From: Spirochaetia bacterium
GTDB taxonomy: Bacteria > Spirochaetota > Spirochaetia > SZUA-6 > Bin103
NCBI GenBank assembly: GCA_965198005.1
Contig: CBDAOI010000002.1
Coordinates: 800,001 to 864,000 of the forward strand
Reading direction: 5' to 3'
DNA length: 64,000 nt
In this document: positions 17,233 through 29,843 of the stretch, one piece after another
Layout: each line of letters begins with the position of its first letter
Position numbering within the stretch: position 1 is the first letter of the stretch
Notes under the pieces: generated by a model
Seen by the model: only the letters and a program-made list of their open reading frames with translations
Databases searched by the model: none
Told to the model about the DNA's origin: nothing
Program-made: the position numbers and the translations under genes

Positions 17233-18843
17233 GTGCCGCCGCTCCCGACGTCGATCGAACCCGGCGCGCCCGAGTTCATCGCCAACCGTGACCGGATGCA
17301 GGCGCTGGTCGAAGAGTTGCGCGAACGCCAGGCGCAGGTGCGGGAGGGTGGAGGAGCAGCGTCCGTCGAGCGGCACCGCGCGCGCGGGAAGCTGCTGGCG
17401 CGTGAGCGAGTCGAGCACCTGCTCGACCCGGGTGCGCCATTCCTGGAGCTGAGCGCGCTGGCTGGCGGCGAGATGTACGAGGGCGATGCGCCCGGCGCCG
17501 GCATCGTGACCGGGATCGGCCGCGTCTGCGGGCGCGAAGTGGTGATCGTGGCCAACGACGCGACCGTCAAGGGCGGGACGTACTACCCGGCCACGGTGAA
17601 GAAGCACCTGCGAGCGCAGGAGATCGCCGGGCAGAACCGCTTGGCGTGCATCTACCTGGTGGACTCCGGCGGCGCGTTTCTGCCGCTGCAGGACGAGGTC
17701 TTCCCGGACCGCGACCACTTCGGGCGGATCTTCTTCAACCAGGCGCGCCTGTCGGCTGCCGGCATCCCGCAGATCGCGGTGGTGATGGGCTCATGCACCG
17801 CCGGCGGCGCCTACGTGCCGGCGATGAGCGACGAGACGATCATCGTGGAGGGGACGGGCACCATCTTCCTGGGCGGTCCGCCACTGGTGAAGGCCGCCAC
17901 CGGCGAGGAGATTTCGGCCGAGGAGCTGGGCGGCGCGCGGGTGCACACGCAGATCTCCGGCGTCGCCGACCATGCCGCCGCGAGCGACGAGGACGCGCTG
18001 GCGTTGACGCGCAGCATCGTGGCGAACCTCGGCCGGCGCGAGAAAGAGCTGCCCTGGCCCCTGACACCGCCTGAGCCGCCGATTCATGACCCGGCGGAGC
18101 TGTACGGGATCGTGCCGGCCTCGACGCGCAAGTCGTTCGACGTACGCGAGATCATCGCCCGCGTGGTCGATGGCAGCCGCTTCCACGAGTTCAAGCCCGC
18201 ATACGGCGCGACGCTGGTGTGCGGATGCGCGCGCATCCTCGGCTACCCGGTCGGCATCGTGGGCAACAACGGCATCCTGTTCTCGGAGAGCGCCCTGAAG
18301 GGCGCGCATTTCATCGAGCTGTGCGCGCAACGGAAGATTCCGCTGGTGTTCCTGCAGAACATCACCGGATTCATGGTCGGCAAGCGGTACGAGCACGAGG
18401 GCATCGCCAAGCACGGCGCCAAGATGGTGACGGCGGTGGCGACTGCCGGGGTGCCGAAATTCAGCGTCATCATCGGTGGCTCGTTCGGCGCCGGCAACTA
18501 CGCGATGTGCGGGCGGGCGTACGAGCCGCGGCTGCTGTGGATGTGGCCGAACGCCCGCATCTCGGTGATGGGCGGCGATCAAGCGGCGCACGTGCTGCTG
18601 ACGCTGCGGCTGGACAATCTGCGCGCGCAGGGGAAGGAGATGACGCTCGAGGAGCAGCAGGCGTTCATGGCGCCGACGCTCGCAAAGTACGAGCGCGAGG
18701 GCAGTGTCTACTACAGCACGGCACGACTCTGGGATGACGGTGTGATCGATCCGGCGGATACCCGCACGCTGCTGGGGCTGGGGCTGAGCGCCGCCCTCAA
18801 CGCTCCGATCCCGGAGACCTCGTTCGGCGTCTTCCGGATGTAG
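17233..18843 (+). CDS. mccB: 3-methylcrotonyl-CoA carboxylase-type carboxyltransferase (beta) subunit
   Basis: [63 protein letters not shown], and a C-terminal FGVFRM. Confidence 0.93.
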   Translation: MPPLPTSIEPGAPEFIANRDRMQALVEELRERQAQVREGGGAASVERHRARGKLLARERVEHLLDPGAPFLELSALAGGEMYEGDAPGAGIVTGIGRVCGREVVIVANDATVKGGTYYPATVKKHLRAQEIAGQNRLACIYLVDSGGAFLPLQDEVFPDRDHFGRIFFNQARLSAAGIPQIAVVMGSCTAGGAYVPAMSDETIIVEGTGTIFLGGPPLVKAATGEEISAEELGGARVHTQISGVADHAAASDEDALALTRSIVANLGRREKELPWPLTPPEPPIHDPAELYGIVPASTRKSFDVREIIARVVDGSRFHEFKPAYGATLVCGCARILGYPVGIVGNNGILFSESALKGAHFIELCAQRKIPLVFLQNITGFMVGKRYEHEGIAKHGAKMVTAVATAGVPKFSVIIGGSFGAGNYAMCGRAYEPRLLWMWPNARISVMGGDQAAHVLLTLRLDNLRAQGKEMTLEEQQAFMAPTLAKYEREGSVYYSTARLWDDGVIDPADTRTLLGLGLSAALNAPIPETSFGVFRM

Positions 18844-18861
18844 CGGGAGCCCTCGGCGCCG

Positions 18862-20868
<2,007 letters not shown>

Positions 20869-20916
20869 CGTGGGTGGTTGTGATCCACAGCACCGGTCTG
20901 CCTGTGTCGTGATCTC

Positions 20917-23280
20917 GTGAGACCAACACTTCCGCTTCGATACATGAACGTCGTCGACCTCGCCTATGGTGCGGCGGCGTCCATCGGCCGAGACCTCGCG
21001 TCACTGGGTGCGCAGGTGGTGCGCATTGAACCACGTGGCGGCCACCATGACCGGTTGGCTGCGCCGGTTGTTGATGGACTGAGCGTAGACTTCGCGATCC
21101 GCAACCTGGGCAAGACCAACGTCGAGCTTGATCTTGGTGATCCGGCGGATCGGGCAGCATTCCGGGCGTTGCTGGCCGATGCCGACGTTGTCATCGAATC
21201 CACGCGCCCCGGATCTGCCGAGGCCGTTCAATTGGACGCTTCCGACATCGCCGCGCAGCACCCGACGCTCGTCATCCTATCGATAAGCGACTTCGGGCAG
21301 GCCGGCGCGTACGCCCGGTGGCAGGCGACGTCGCCGGTCCTCGACGCCCTGAGCGGCGGGCTGGCACGCTCGGGAATTCCCGGGCGCCCACCGCTCCTGC
21401 CACCCGGCAACCTTGCGATTGAATGCGCACTGGTTCAGGCGGCCTACGTCGCTCTGCTGGGCTACGTCAACCGTCTGAAGACCGGCCACGGTGACCACGT
21501 TGATTTCTCGCTGATGAAGGGGGCGAGCCAGACGCTCGATCCGGCATTCGGCATATACGGCAGCGCGACCGCCGGAATTCCGCTGAGCGAAACGCCACGC
21601 GGGCGTCCGGAGGTCTGGTTCATGTATCCCATCGTGCCGTGCGCGGATGGTGCCGTGCGCATCTGCGTACTCGCGCCGCGCCAGTGGCAGGGCATGTTCG
21701 ACTGGATGGGGAGCCCTCCCGAGTTTGCCGACCCCTCTTTCAATGATCTGGTTACGCGGTTCAACAGTCCGGATCTGATCCCGGCCATCGGACGGTTCTT
21801 TGCCGACCGGACGCGCGCCGACCTCGAGCGGGAGGGCCAACGCGCCGGTGTGCCGATTGCTGCCGTGCTCGATGTCGACGAGGTGTTGCGCAGCGACCAG
21901 ATGATCGCACGCCGAGCCTTCGTGCCAGTCGAACTGGCCTCCGGACACTCTGTGCCGGTGCCGAATGGCAGCATTGAGATTGACGGTGTCCGGGCCGGAC
22001 ACCGTCCCGCAGATTCGGCTCCTCCGCCTGCTCCGCCTGCAACGCCTGTTGCGGGCAAACCGGAAATGCCGAGCTGGCCGTTTGCGGGCGCGCGGCCGCT
22101 CTCGGGGCTCCGTGTGCTCGATCTCGGCGTGATCGTGGTCGGCGCCGAACAGTCGCGCCTGCTTGCCGATCAAGGGGCCGAGGTCATCAAGATCGAGAAC
22201 AGTGCCTTCCTGGACGGCACCAGACGGAGCCGTGACGGCAGTCCCGTGTCGCTGCCGTTCGCCGCCGGCCACCGCAACAAACGCAGTCTGGGCCTCAATT
22301 TGCGTGACGAGAGAGGCAAGCGGCTGTTCTTGAAGCTGGTCGCGCAGAGCGACGTGGTCATGACCAATTTCAAGCCCGGCACGATGGACTCGCTCGGGCT
22401 CGGCTACGAGGTACTGAAAGCGGCCAATCCCGGCATTATCGTTACCGACAGCTCAGCCTTCGGACCGGGCGGGCCGTGGTCGAAGCGTCTTGGCTATGGG
22501 CCGCTGGTGCGGGCATCCGCAGGCCTGACCGAGCAGTGGCGGTATCCGGGTGAAGCGGACGGATTCGGCGATGCGTCGACCATCTACCCTGATCATGTTG
22601 CCGGTCGGGTGGCCGCCATCGGGGTACTCGCCCTGTTGATCCGCAGGCTGCGCACGGGTCGCGGCGGCACAGTCAGCGTCTCGCAGGCCGAGATCATCCT
22701 CAGCCACCAGGCCACCGAGATCGCGGCTCGTGCGCTGGCTGAACACGTCGCCCACGACGCGCCGTGGGGGGTGTTCCCGGCAATGGGCGATGATGAATGG
22801 TGTGTGGTGACGGTGCGTTCCGACGAGGAGTGGCGCGCACTCTGCTCGACCATGGGGCGGCCCGAGCGCGCTGCCGAGACCGAGCTTGCCACCCGTGCCG
22901 GGAGAGACCAGGCGCGGGCGCGCATCGACGCCCGGTTGATCGATTGGCTGGCCACCCGCACCCCGCATGAGGCGATGGAGACGTTGCAGGCGGCCGGCGT
23001 CCCCGCGGCCGCCATGCTCCGCGTGCAGGACCTCCCCGATTTCCCCCTGTTCCAGGAGCAGGGATTCCATGCCGCCGCCCGCCACCCGCGGTACCGCGAG
23101 CCGCTGTTGATGGAAACCGGGCCTGCCCGCTTTTCCCACGTCGCCGAGCCGGCGCTGGAACCGGCTCCGTCGCTGGGTGAGCACACGCGGGATATCGCGC
23201 GCACGTTGCTGGATCTGTCGGAGACAGAGATCGAAAAGCTGATAGAATCGGGGGTGCTTGAAGAGGGAGGCAGACGATGA
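20917..23280 (+). CDS. Double-domain family III CoA-transferase (CaiB/BaiF)
   Basis: Two repeats (DLA.LGAQVVRIE..RNLGK and PLSGLRVLDL..LADQGAEVIKIE..HRNKRS). The catalytic Asp (YPDH) is present only in domain 2. Confidence 0.9.
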   Translation: MRPTLPLRYMNVVDLAYGAAASIGRDLASLGAQVVRIEPRGGHHDRLAAPVVDGLSVDFAIRNLGKTNVELDLGDPADRAAFRALLADADVVIESTRPGSAEAVQLDASDIAAQHPTLVILSISDFGQAGAYARWQATSPVLDALSGGLARSGIPGRPPLLPPGNLAIECALVQAAYVALLGYVNRLKTGHGDHVDFSLMKGASQTLDPAFGIYGSATAGIPLSETPRGRPEVWFMYPIVPCADGAVRICVLAPRQWQGMFDWMGSPPEFADPSFNDLVTRFNSPDLIPAIGRFFADRTRADLEREGQRAGVPIAAVLDVDEVLRSDQMIARRAFVPVELASGHSVPVPNGSIEIDGVRAGHRPADSAPPPAPPATPVAGKPEMPSWPFAGARPLSGLRVLDLGVIVVGAEQSRLLADQGAEVIKIENSAFLDGTRRSRDGSPVSLPFAAGHRNKRSLGLNLRDERGKRLFLKLVAQSDVVMTNFKPGTMDSLGLGYEVLKAANPGIIVTDSSAFGPGGPWSKRLGYGPLVRASAGLTEQWRYPGEADGFGDASTIYPDHVAGRVAAIGVLALLIRRLRTGRGGTVSVSQAEIILSHQATEIAARALAEHVAHDAPWGVFPAMGDDEWCVVTVRSDEEWRALCSTMGRPERAAETELATRAGRDQARARIDARLIDWLATRTPHEAMETLQAAGVPAAAMLRVQDLPDFPLFQEQGFHAAARHPRYREPLLMETGPARFSHVAEPALEPAPSLGEHTRDIARTLLDLSETEIEKLIESGVLEEGGRR

Positions 23281-24374
23281 CAACCGCGACCTGGCCGATC
23301 ACGACCCTGGACGAGTTCGAGCAGGAGTTCCGCAAAGGTGTGGGCGAGTGGCTTTCCCCCAACCCGCCGCGAGAGGCCAGTCTCGACAACCTCCGCCGCT
23401 TCGGTGACGGCGTGGGCGACTACAACCCGCTGTGGCGCGACCAGGACCACGCCGCGGCAAGTCGCTTCGGGGCGATCACCGCGCCGCCGATCTTCATCTA
23501 CGGCGTGGCGCTGGGTATCCGTGCGTCGATCTACGGCGCCATCGATCCTGCCCGGCTCAGCTCCAAGCACTTCCCGATGAACTACGCCGGCGGCACCATC
23601 GACTTCGTTCGGCCGATCTGGCGCGGCGACACCATCACCGCACGGGAGCAGGTGCTCGACGTGGTGCGCAAGACCAGCGCGCGCATCGGCCCGTTCTGCA
23701 TCTGCTCGCAATTCTCGACCTACACCAACCAGCGCCAGGAGCTGGTGGCCACCAAGACCACGTTGATGGCCCGCTATCACAACCTCGGTGATGGCCGGAC
23801 CATGGAGTACGACCGGGAGGCGCGGGAGCAGGCCCGCCAAGTCCCGCCCGACCCACTGGTGTGGGAGCGCGCGCGCCGCGGTGCCGCGACCCGCTACTGG
23901 GAAGACGTGGTCGAGGGCGAATCGATACCCGACTTGCACAAGGGGACCTACACGGTCACCGAGCTGTTCCTGTTCACCCACTGCGTATACGGCACCACGC
24001 GTGCCTCACGCTCGGCGCTCGAGGGGGAGGAGTCGACCGACCTCGGTGGCGGCGGCCGCTACGACGAGGAGCACGCCAGGAAGCGGCGCAACATGCCGGG
24101 CCAGTTCGATTGGGGCCCGCAGCGGGTGTGCTGGATGAGCCAGATCGCCACCGATTGGATGAGCGACGACGGCACCCTCAGGAGGATGGACAGCAGGGTG
24201 CGCCACCCCAACGTCGTGGGCGACACCAACACGGTGCGCGGCGAGGTCGCGCGGAAGTACCAGCAGGACGGCGAGCACCTGGTCGACCTCGACGTTCGGG
24301 TCGAGAACCAGACCGGTCTGGCGACCGCGTTCAGCCGCGTCACCGTGGCCCTGCCCACGCGCGCGCCTGCCTGA
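23277..24374 (+). CDS. Double hot-dog MaoC/FAS1-like dehydratase
   Basis: RRFGDGVGDYNPLWRD...FGAITAPP, RPIWRGDTI, and a second domain YWEDV.EG...VVGDT..RGEV. ATGA overlap with the CoA-transferase. Confidence 0.85.
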   Translation: MTTATWPITTLDEFEQEFRKGVGEWLSPNPPREASLDNLRRFGDGVGDYNPLWRDQDHAAASRFGAITAPPIFIYGVALGIRASIYGAIDPARLSSKHFPMNYAGGTIDFVRPIWRGDTITAREQVLDVVRKTSARIGPFCICSQFSTYTNQRQELVATKTTLMARYHNLGDGRTMEYDREAREQARQVPPDPLVWERARRGAATRYWEDVVEGESIPDLHKGTYTVTELFLFTHCVYGTTRASRSALEGEESTDLGGGGRYDEEHARKRRNMPGQFDWGPQRVCWMSQIATDWMSDDGTLRRMDSRVRHPNVVGDTNTVRGEVARKYQQDGEHLVDLDVRVENQTGLATAFSRVTVALPTRAPA

Positions 24375-24602
24375 CCAAGCTCGGATGCGCGCCTTTGGGG
24401 ATGAGGCACAGGTGGTGGTCCAAGGGCCGTTGCGCCGCGGGTGTACACGCCATGCTCAGGCCCCCTGGCGTGGCAGGGCGTCACACAGGATGGCGTTCAG
24501 TTCGTCTTGTGAAGTGGACGGAGACGGGGCTGGATCAGCCATTGCCGACCATGGTTCCACGTCGCCGGCAATTGGTCAAGGTTCCGGTTGCGGTGCTGCG
24601 CC

Positions 24603-25313
24603 TCACGCCAAGCCGTAGACCGGGATGCCGGCGCCGTGGATCGCGGCGGCGGCGTCGGAGGCGAGGAACACGATGACGTTGGCCAGGTCTGCCGGAGCCA
24701 CCCACCTGGCGGGATCCGACTTCGGCATCGCGGCGCGGTTCGCGGGTGTGTCGATGATGCTCGGCAGCACGGCGTTCACGTTTACCCCGGCGTCCTTCAA
24801 CTCCGCCGACAGCGACTGGGTGAGCGCCAGGACCGCCGCCTTGGTCGCCCCGTAGACGCCGTTGCCGGCCTCGCCACGCAGCGCCGCACGCGCCGACACG
24901 TTGACGATGGCGCCTCCGCCGGCGGCGGCCAGCGCCGGCGCGGCCGCGCGGCACACGGCAAAGGTGGTGCGCAGATTCAGGTCCAGCAGGTGCTCCAGGG
25001 CGGCGTCATCCGCGTCCGCCACCAGCGTCCAGGTGTAGCCGCCGGCCAGATTGACCACCGCGCGCAGGGAGCCGGGCGCAACCCGCTCGAACAGCGCGGC
25101 CACCTCGGCGGCGCGGCGCAGGTCGCAGCGCCGCAGCTCCACCCGCGCGCCGTGCTCGCCGAACCGCTCCCGGAACGGCGTCACCTCGGCCTCGACCACG
25201 TAGGTCGCGAGCACCCGCGCTCCCGCATCCAGGAAGCCCTGCACCACCACACTGCCGAGCGCGCCGGTCGCGCCGCTGACGATGACCGTTCCGCCGCCGA
25301 AGTCGACGTGCAT
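24603..25313 (-). CDS. Short-chain dehydrogenase/reductase
   Basis: SGATGALG, VNLAGG, NVSA, YGATK, and NAVLPSIIDTPANR. Confidence 0.9.
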   Translation of the reverse strand: MHVDFGGGTVIVSGATGALGSVVVQGFLDAGARVLATYVVEAEVTPFRERFGEHGARVELRRCDLRRAAEVAALFERVAPGSLRAVVNLAGGYTWTLVADADDAALEHLLDLNLRTTFAVCRAAAPALAAAGGGAIVNVSARAALRGEAGNGVYGATKAAVLALTQSLSAELKDAGVNVNAVLPSIIDTPANRAAMPKSDPARWVAPADLANVIVFLASDAAAAIHGAGIPVYGLA

Positions 25314-25320
25314 GATCCTC

Positions 25321-25348
25321 ATCGTAGGCCGCGCACGCCGGGTGTCAA
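25321..25348 (-). promoter_or_regulatory. Sigma70-type promoter for the SDR gene (probably leaderless)
   Basis: TTGACA-16 nt-TACGAT, with the ATG 7 nt downstream. Confidence 0.6.
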
Positions 25349-25489
25349 GGACCAATCCCGAGCTGGTAGTACACACCTGTTCTTTCAGCGTTCGACCTAA
25401 AGACGCCTGCGCGCACCATCCTCGTTTCGGTGCTGGGGCTCGTCACCGCAACGTGAGCGATGCTATAGTTGCCCGTGGGGAGGAGGCCC

Positions 25490-25915
25490 ATGAGCAACTC
25501 AAGACTGAGGTTCCATCACATCCACCTGATCAGCGAACATCCGCAGGCCGCGGCCCGCTGGTACGAGAACATCCTCGGCGGCGAGATCGTCGGGGAGTCG
25601 GACGTGCGCGGCGCGCCGCAGATCATCGTCCGGCTGGGCGGCATGCGGCTGCTGATCCGCGGCCGGCGGCCCGGCGAGGAGCCGACCGCCACCAACGGCA
25701 TGCGCGCGTACGACGGCTTTTCGAGTCACAACGAGTGGGGCACCGACCACTTCGGCTACGACTACCACGGCGATCTGCAGGCGTTCTGCGACGAGCTCCG
25801 CGCCAAGGGCGCCGCCTTCGCGGCCGAGCCGTGGGAGTTCGCCCCGGGGCACCTGATCTGCTTCGTGCAGGCGCCGGATCGGGTCACCATCGAGCTGATG
25901 GCCGCGGGCGACTGA
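25490..25915 (+). CDS. VOC/glyoxalase family protein
   Basis: FHHIHL, A..WY...LG, DHFG, F..APD.V.IEL; GGAGG RBS. Confidence 0.85.
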   Translation: MSNSRLRFHHIHLISEHPQAAARWYENILGGEIVGESDVRGAPQIIVRLGGMRLLIRGRRPGEEPTATNGMRAYDGFSSHNEWGTDHFGYDYHGDLQAFCDELRAKGAAFAAEPWEFAPGHLICFVQAPDRVTIELMAAGD

Positions 25916-26001
25916 ACGCCGCTTCTCAGGCGCAGCCGGCGGCGTCGGAGTCCCGGCGCCTTCCGGTGCCGTGGCCGGTAGTTCCCCGCTATACTCGCGG
26001 C

Positions 26002-27897
26002 ATGCGTCAATCCCGCGCCCCCGCTACCGGGTTGCTCACCGTCGGGCAGGCGCTCGTCAAGTTCCTGAGCCGGCAGTACAGCGAGCGGGACGGGCATCGC
26101 CGCCGGCTGATCCCGGCGATCTTCGGCATCTTCGGCCACGGCAACGTCAGCGGCCTGGGGCAGGCGCTGGAGTCGGCGGGGGCCGACCTTCCCCACTACC
26201 AGAGCCGCAACGAGCAGTCGATGGTGCATACCGCCTCGGGCTATGCCAAGGCCGCGTTGCGCACCGCGACCCTGGCCTGCACCAGCTCGATCGGGCCGGG
26301 CGCGACCAACATGGTGACCGGCGCCGCCACCGCCACCATCAACCGCCTGCCGGTGCTGCTGCTGCCGTCCGACTACTACGCCACCCGCCACCAGGGCAAC
26401 GTGCTGCAGCAGATCGAGCACCCGCTGTCGGCCGACGTCAGCGTCAACGACTGCTTCCGGCCGGTGAGCCGCTTCTTCGACCGCATCTCGCGCCCCGAAC
26501 AGCTCCTCACCGCGCTGCCGGAGGCGATGCGCGTGCTCACCGACCCGGCCGAGACCGGCGCCGTCACCATCTCGCTCCCGCAGGACGTGCAGGCGCACGC
26601 CTACCGCTACCCCGCGCACTTCTTCGCCGAGCGCACCTGGCGGATCGAGCGCCGGCCGCCGGCGGCGGCGCGCGTCGCCGAGGCGCTGGCCCTGCTGGAG
26701 CGGTCCCTGCAGCCGCTGATCGTGGCCGGCGGCGGCGTACACTACTCGGCGGCCTGGGATGCCCTGGCCGAGCTGGCCGCGTTCGGCATCCCGGTGGCGG
26801 AGACCTACGGCGGCAAGGGGGCGTTGCGCTCCGCCCGCGAGTGGTCGCTCGGCGGTCACGGCGTGGATGGCACCACCGCGGCCGCCCACTACGCCGGACA
26901 GGCGGACCTGGTGATCGCCGTCGGCACCCGGCTCGGCGACTTCGCCACCGGCTCCAACAGCCTGTTCCGCCACCCCGACGTGCGGTTCGTCAGCATCAAC
27001 GTCAGCGCGCACGACGCCCACAAGAACGGTTCGCTGCCGGTCGTGGCCGACGCGCGCGCGGCGTTGCGCGCGCTGGCCGAGGGATGCCGGGCGCGCGCCA
27101 TCGACTTCACCGCCCGCCGCAGCCGGATCGCGGAGCTGATGGCGGAGTGGCAGGAGGTCAAGACCAGGGACGCGTACGCGCCCCGCGCCGGCGAGGCGAT
27201 GGGCGAGGGCGAGGTGATCCGGGTGCTCAACCAGGAGGCGCGGCCCGGCGATTCGGTGGTGGCCGCGGCCGGCGCGCCGGTGGGCAACCTGCTCAAGCTG
27301 TGGGACCTGGAGTGCGGCGCCGGCTGCTACCTGGAGTTCGGGTTCTCGTGCATGGGCTGGGAGCTGCCGGCGGCGCTCGGGGTGCGCATGCAGCAGCCGG
27401 AGGGCGAGGTATACGTCTACCTCGGCGACGGCGGCTACCTGCTCAACCCGATGGAGTTGATGACCGCGCAGCAGGAGGGGCTCAAGATCACGGTGGTGGT
27501 GGTGGACAACCACGGCTTCCAGGTGATCCGCCGGCTGCAGATGGCGCGCGCCGGCCACTCTTTCGGCACCGAGTTCCGCAGCCGCGCGGACACCGGCGAC
27601 GGCCGCCGTCCGGACGGCGAGTACGTGGCGGTGGACATGCCCGCGATCGCGGCGGCGATGGGCGCGCGCGGCTTTCACGCCAGCACGCCCGACGAGGTGC
27701 GCGCGGCATTACGCGCGGCGCGCGCCGAGCCCCGGAGCTGCGTGATCGTGGCCGAGATCGAGAAGCACCGCTACGTGCCGGGCGCCGACGTCTGGTGGGA
27801 CATCGCCCCCGCCGAGGTCAGCCGCAGCGAGGTGACCCAGACCCTGCGCGCCGAGTACGAGCGCGACCGCGCCGCCCGCCAGCGGTTCCACTACTGA
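26002..27897 (+). CDS. iolD: 3D-(3,5/4)-trihydroxycyclohexane-1,2-dione acylhydrolase (decyclizing)
   Basis: LTVGQALVKFL..QY, IFGHGNV.GLGQAL, RNEQSMVH.A, SIGPGATNMVTGAA.ATINRLPVLLLP, EFGFSCMGWE, and TPP motif GDG. Confidence 0.93.
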   Translation: MRQSRAPATGLLTVGQALVKFLSRQYSERDGHRRRLIPAIFGIFGHGNVSGLGQALESAGADLPHYQSRNEQSMVHTASGYAKAALRTATLACTSSIGPGATNMVTGAATATINRLPVLLLPSDYYATRHQGNVLQQIEHPLSADVSVNDCFRPVSRFFDRISRPEQLLTALPEAMRVLTDPAETGAVTISLPQDVQAHAYRYPAHFFAERTWRIERRPPAAARVAEALALLERSLQPLIVAGGGVHYSAAWDALAELAAFGIPVAETYGGKGALRSAREWSLGGHGVDGTTAAAHYAGQADLVIAVGTRLGDFATGSNSLFRHPDVRFVSINVSAHDAHKNGSLPVVADARAALRALAEGCRARAIDFTARRSRIAELMAEWQEVKTRDAYAPRAGEAMGEGEVIRVLNQEARPGDSVVAAAGAPVGNLLKLWDLECGAGCYLEFGFSCMGWELPAALGVRMQQPEGEVYVYLGDGGYLLNPMELMTAQQEGLKITVVVVDNHGFQVIRRLQMARAGHSFGTEFRSRADTGDGRRPDGEYVAVDMPAIAAAMGARGFHASTPDEVRAALRAARAEPRSCVIVAEIEKHRYVPGADVWWDIAPAEVSRSEVTQTLRAEYERDRAARQRFHY

Positions 27898-28086
27898 AGC
27901 ACCCGCAAGGCGGCCGTGGCAACCTTGTCAGCAAGCGCGCAAGAAACTACCGTGAGGACCGTGAGGCACATCGCATATTCGAGGACCTGTACGCCCGTGC
28001 TATCGACGACCCCACGAGCACGCATATCTGGTTTCGGGAACGATACGATGAATGGCACGGCAGGCTCGGGAAAATGAAGAGGCGGG

Positions 28087-28941
28087 TCAGCCCTTGATCG
28101 CGCCCATGGTCATGCCCTTGATGAAGAAGCGCTGGAACAACAGGAACACCAGCAGGGTCGGCAGGCTGGCGAGCAGCGACAGGGCGCCCTGCACGCCCCA
28201 GGCCACGGTGTACTGGCCGCGCAGCGAGACGATGCCCAGCATGATGGTGCGCTTGTCGTCGCTCTGGGTGAAGATCAGCGGCCACAGGAAGTCGTTCCAG
28301 ATCCAGGTGAACTGCAGGGTCGCCAGCACCGCCAGCGCCGGCAGGCTGATCGGCAGCGCTACCCGGGTCAGCACCTGCCACTCGCTGGCGCCTTCGACGA
28401 TGGCGGCTTCGCGCAGCGCGTTGGGGACGGTGGCGAAGAAGTTGCGCATCAGCAGGGTGCAGATCGGGATGCCCATGGCGACGTGCACGATGATCATCGG
28501 CCACAGGGTGTCGAGCAGGCCGAGCCGGTTGAACAGCCGGAACAGCGGAATGAGCACGATCTGCGGCGGAAAGAACATCCCCGACACGATTACCAGAAAC
28601 AGCAGCTCGCTGGCCCGGAACGGCAGCTTGGAGAACACGTAGCCGGCCAGAATGCCGAGCGCGATCGACCCCACGGTGGCCGGCGCGGTGACCAGCCAGG
28701 TGTTGATGAAGTAGCTCGCGACCGAGGGATGGCCGAGCGCGACCGCGAAGTTGCTCAGATCGAGGGTCCGCGGAATCGCCCACAGCGTGCCGAAGGCGAT
28801 GTCGCGGGTGCTCTTGAGCGCGCTCAGGATCACGCCCACGGTCGGCGCGAGGAACAGCAGGGCGAGCACCACGAGACCGGCGAACAGCACCCCGATCCAC
28901 GGCAGCCGGCGCGGGCCGGCGCCGGCGGGCGCGTCAGTCAT
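28087..28941 (-). CDS. Carbohydrate ABC transporter permease (MalG-type)
   Basis: LREAAIVEGAS, WNDFLWPLI and FQRFFIKGMTMGAIKG. Confidence 0.93.
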   Translation of the reverse strand: MTDAPAGAGPRRLPWIGVLFAGLVVLALLFLAPTVGVILSALKSTRDIAFGTLWAIPRTLDLSNFAVALGHPSVASYFINTWLVTAPATVGSIALGILAGYVFSKLPFRASELLFLVIVSGMFFPPQIVLIPLFRLFNRLGLLDTLWPMIIVHVAMGIPICTLLMRNFFATVPNALREAAIVEGASEWQVLTRVALPISLPALAVLATLQFTWIWNDFLWPLIFTQSDDKRTIMLGIVSLRGQYTVAWGVQGALSLLASLPTLLVFLLFQRFFIKGMTMGAIKG

Positions 28942-29815
28942 ACAGCTCGTCCAGCTTCTTGAGCTGGCGGAAGTAGACCGTGATCACGCTCAACGTCATC
29001 AGGAACAGGATCACCGAGATCGAGCTGCCGTACCCCATCCGGTACTTCTTGAACGACTCGCTGTACATGTACATCGCCAGCGTGTCGGAGGAGTGGAACG
29101 GGCCGCCGCCGGTCATGATGAACAGGATGTCGAACGCCTTCAGCGAGTTGATCACGCTCAGCGCCACCGCCACCACCGTGGCCGGACGCAGCAGCGCCAG
29201 CACCACGTACCGGATGCGCTGGCCGCGGCTGGCGCCTTCGATCTCGGCCGCCTCGAGCAGGTCGGCCGGAATCGAGGTCAGGCCGGCGAGAAAGATCACC
29301 ATCGCCAGCCCCATCTGCTGCCACGACCAGGCGACGATCACCGAGTAGAGCGCGGACTGCGGCTCGGCCAGCCAGGCGTAGTTGGGAACCGTGCCGGTGA
29401 CGGCGCCGATGGCGGTGTTGAGCAGGCCCCAGTCGGGCCGGTAGATCCAGATCCAGATCTGCCCCACCACCACCGACGCCAGACAGGTCGGCAGGTAGAA
29501 GATCGACTTGAACGCGTTCGTGCCGCGCACCCGGGTGTCGAGCATCAGCGCCAGCGTCAGCCCGCCGGCGGTCGGCAGGACGAGCGCCAGCGCGGTCCAG
29601 ATCAGGGTGTTCAGGGTGGCGTTGGTGAACAGCCGGTCGGAAACCACCCCGGCGAAGTTGTCGAGCCCCACGAACTGGAAGTCGCGGCTGAAGCCGCTCC
29701 AGTCCGTGAAGCTATAGTAGAAGGAATTGAGCAGCGGCCAGACGACGAAGACGCCGAATACCGACAACGGCAGGAACAGCAGCGCGATCCGCCAGAAGGT
29801 CTCCTGTCGCTTCAT
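28934..29815 (-). CDS. Carbohydrate ABC transporter permease (MalF-type)
   Basis: YSFTDW, FVGLDNF, LAGLTSIP..LLEAAEIEGAS and MTGGGP. Confidence 0.93.
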   Translation of the reverse strand: MKRQETFWRIALLFLPLSVFGVFVVWPLLNSFYYSFTDWSGFSRDFQFVGLDNFAGVVSDRLFTNATLNTLIWTALALVLPTAGGLTLALMLDTRVRGTNAFKSIFYLPTCLASVVVGQIWIWIYRPDWGLLNTAIGAVTGTVPNYAWLAEPQSALYSVIVAWSWQQMGLAMVIFLAGLTSIPADLLEAAEIEGASRGQRIRYVVLALLRPATVVAVALSVINSLKAFDILFIMTGGGPFHSSDTLAMYMYSESFKKYRMGYGSSISVILFLMTLSVITVYFRQLKKLDELYD

Positions 29816-29843
29816 CGTCCGGCCGGCCGCGGGGGGCGTGGCT

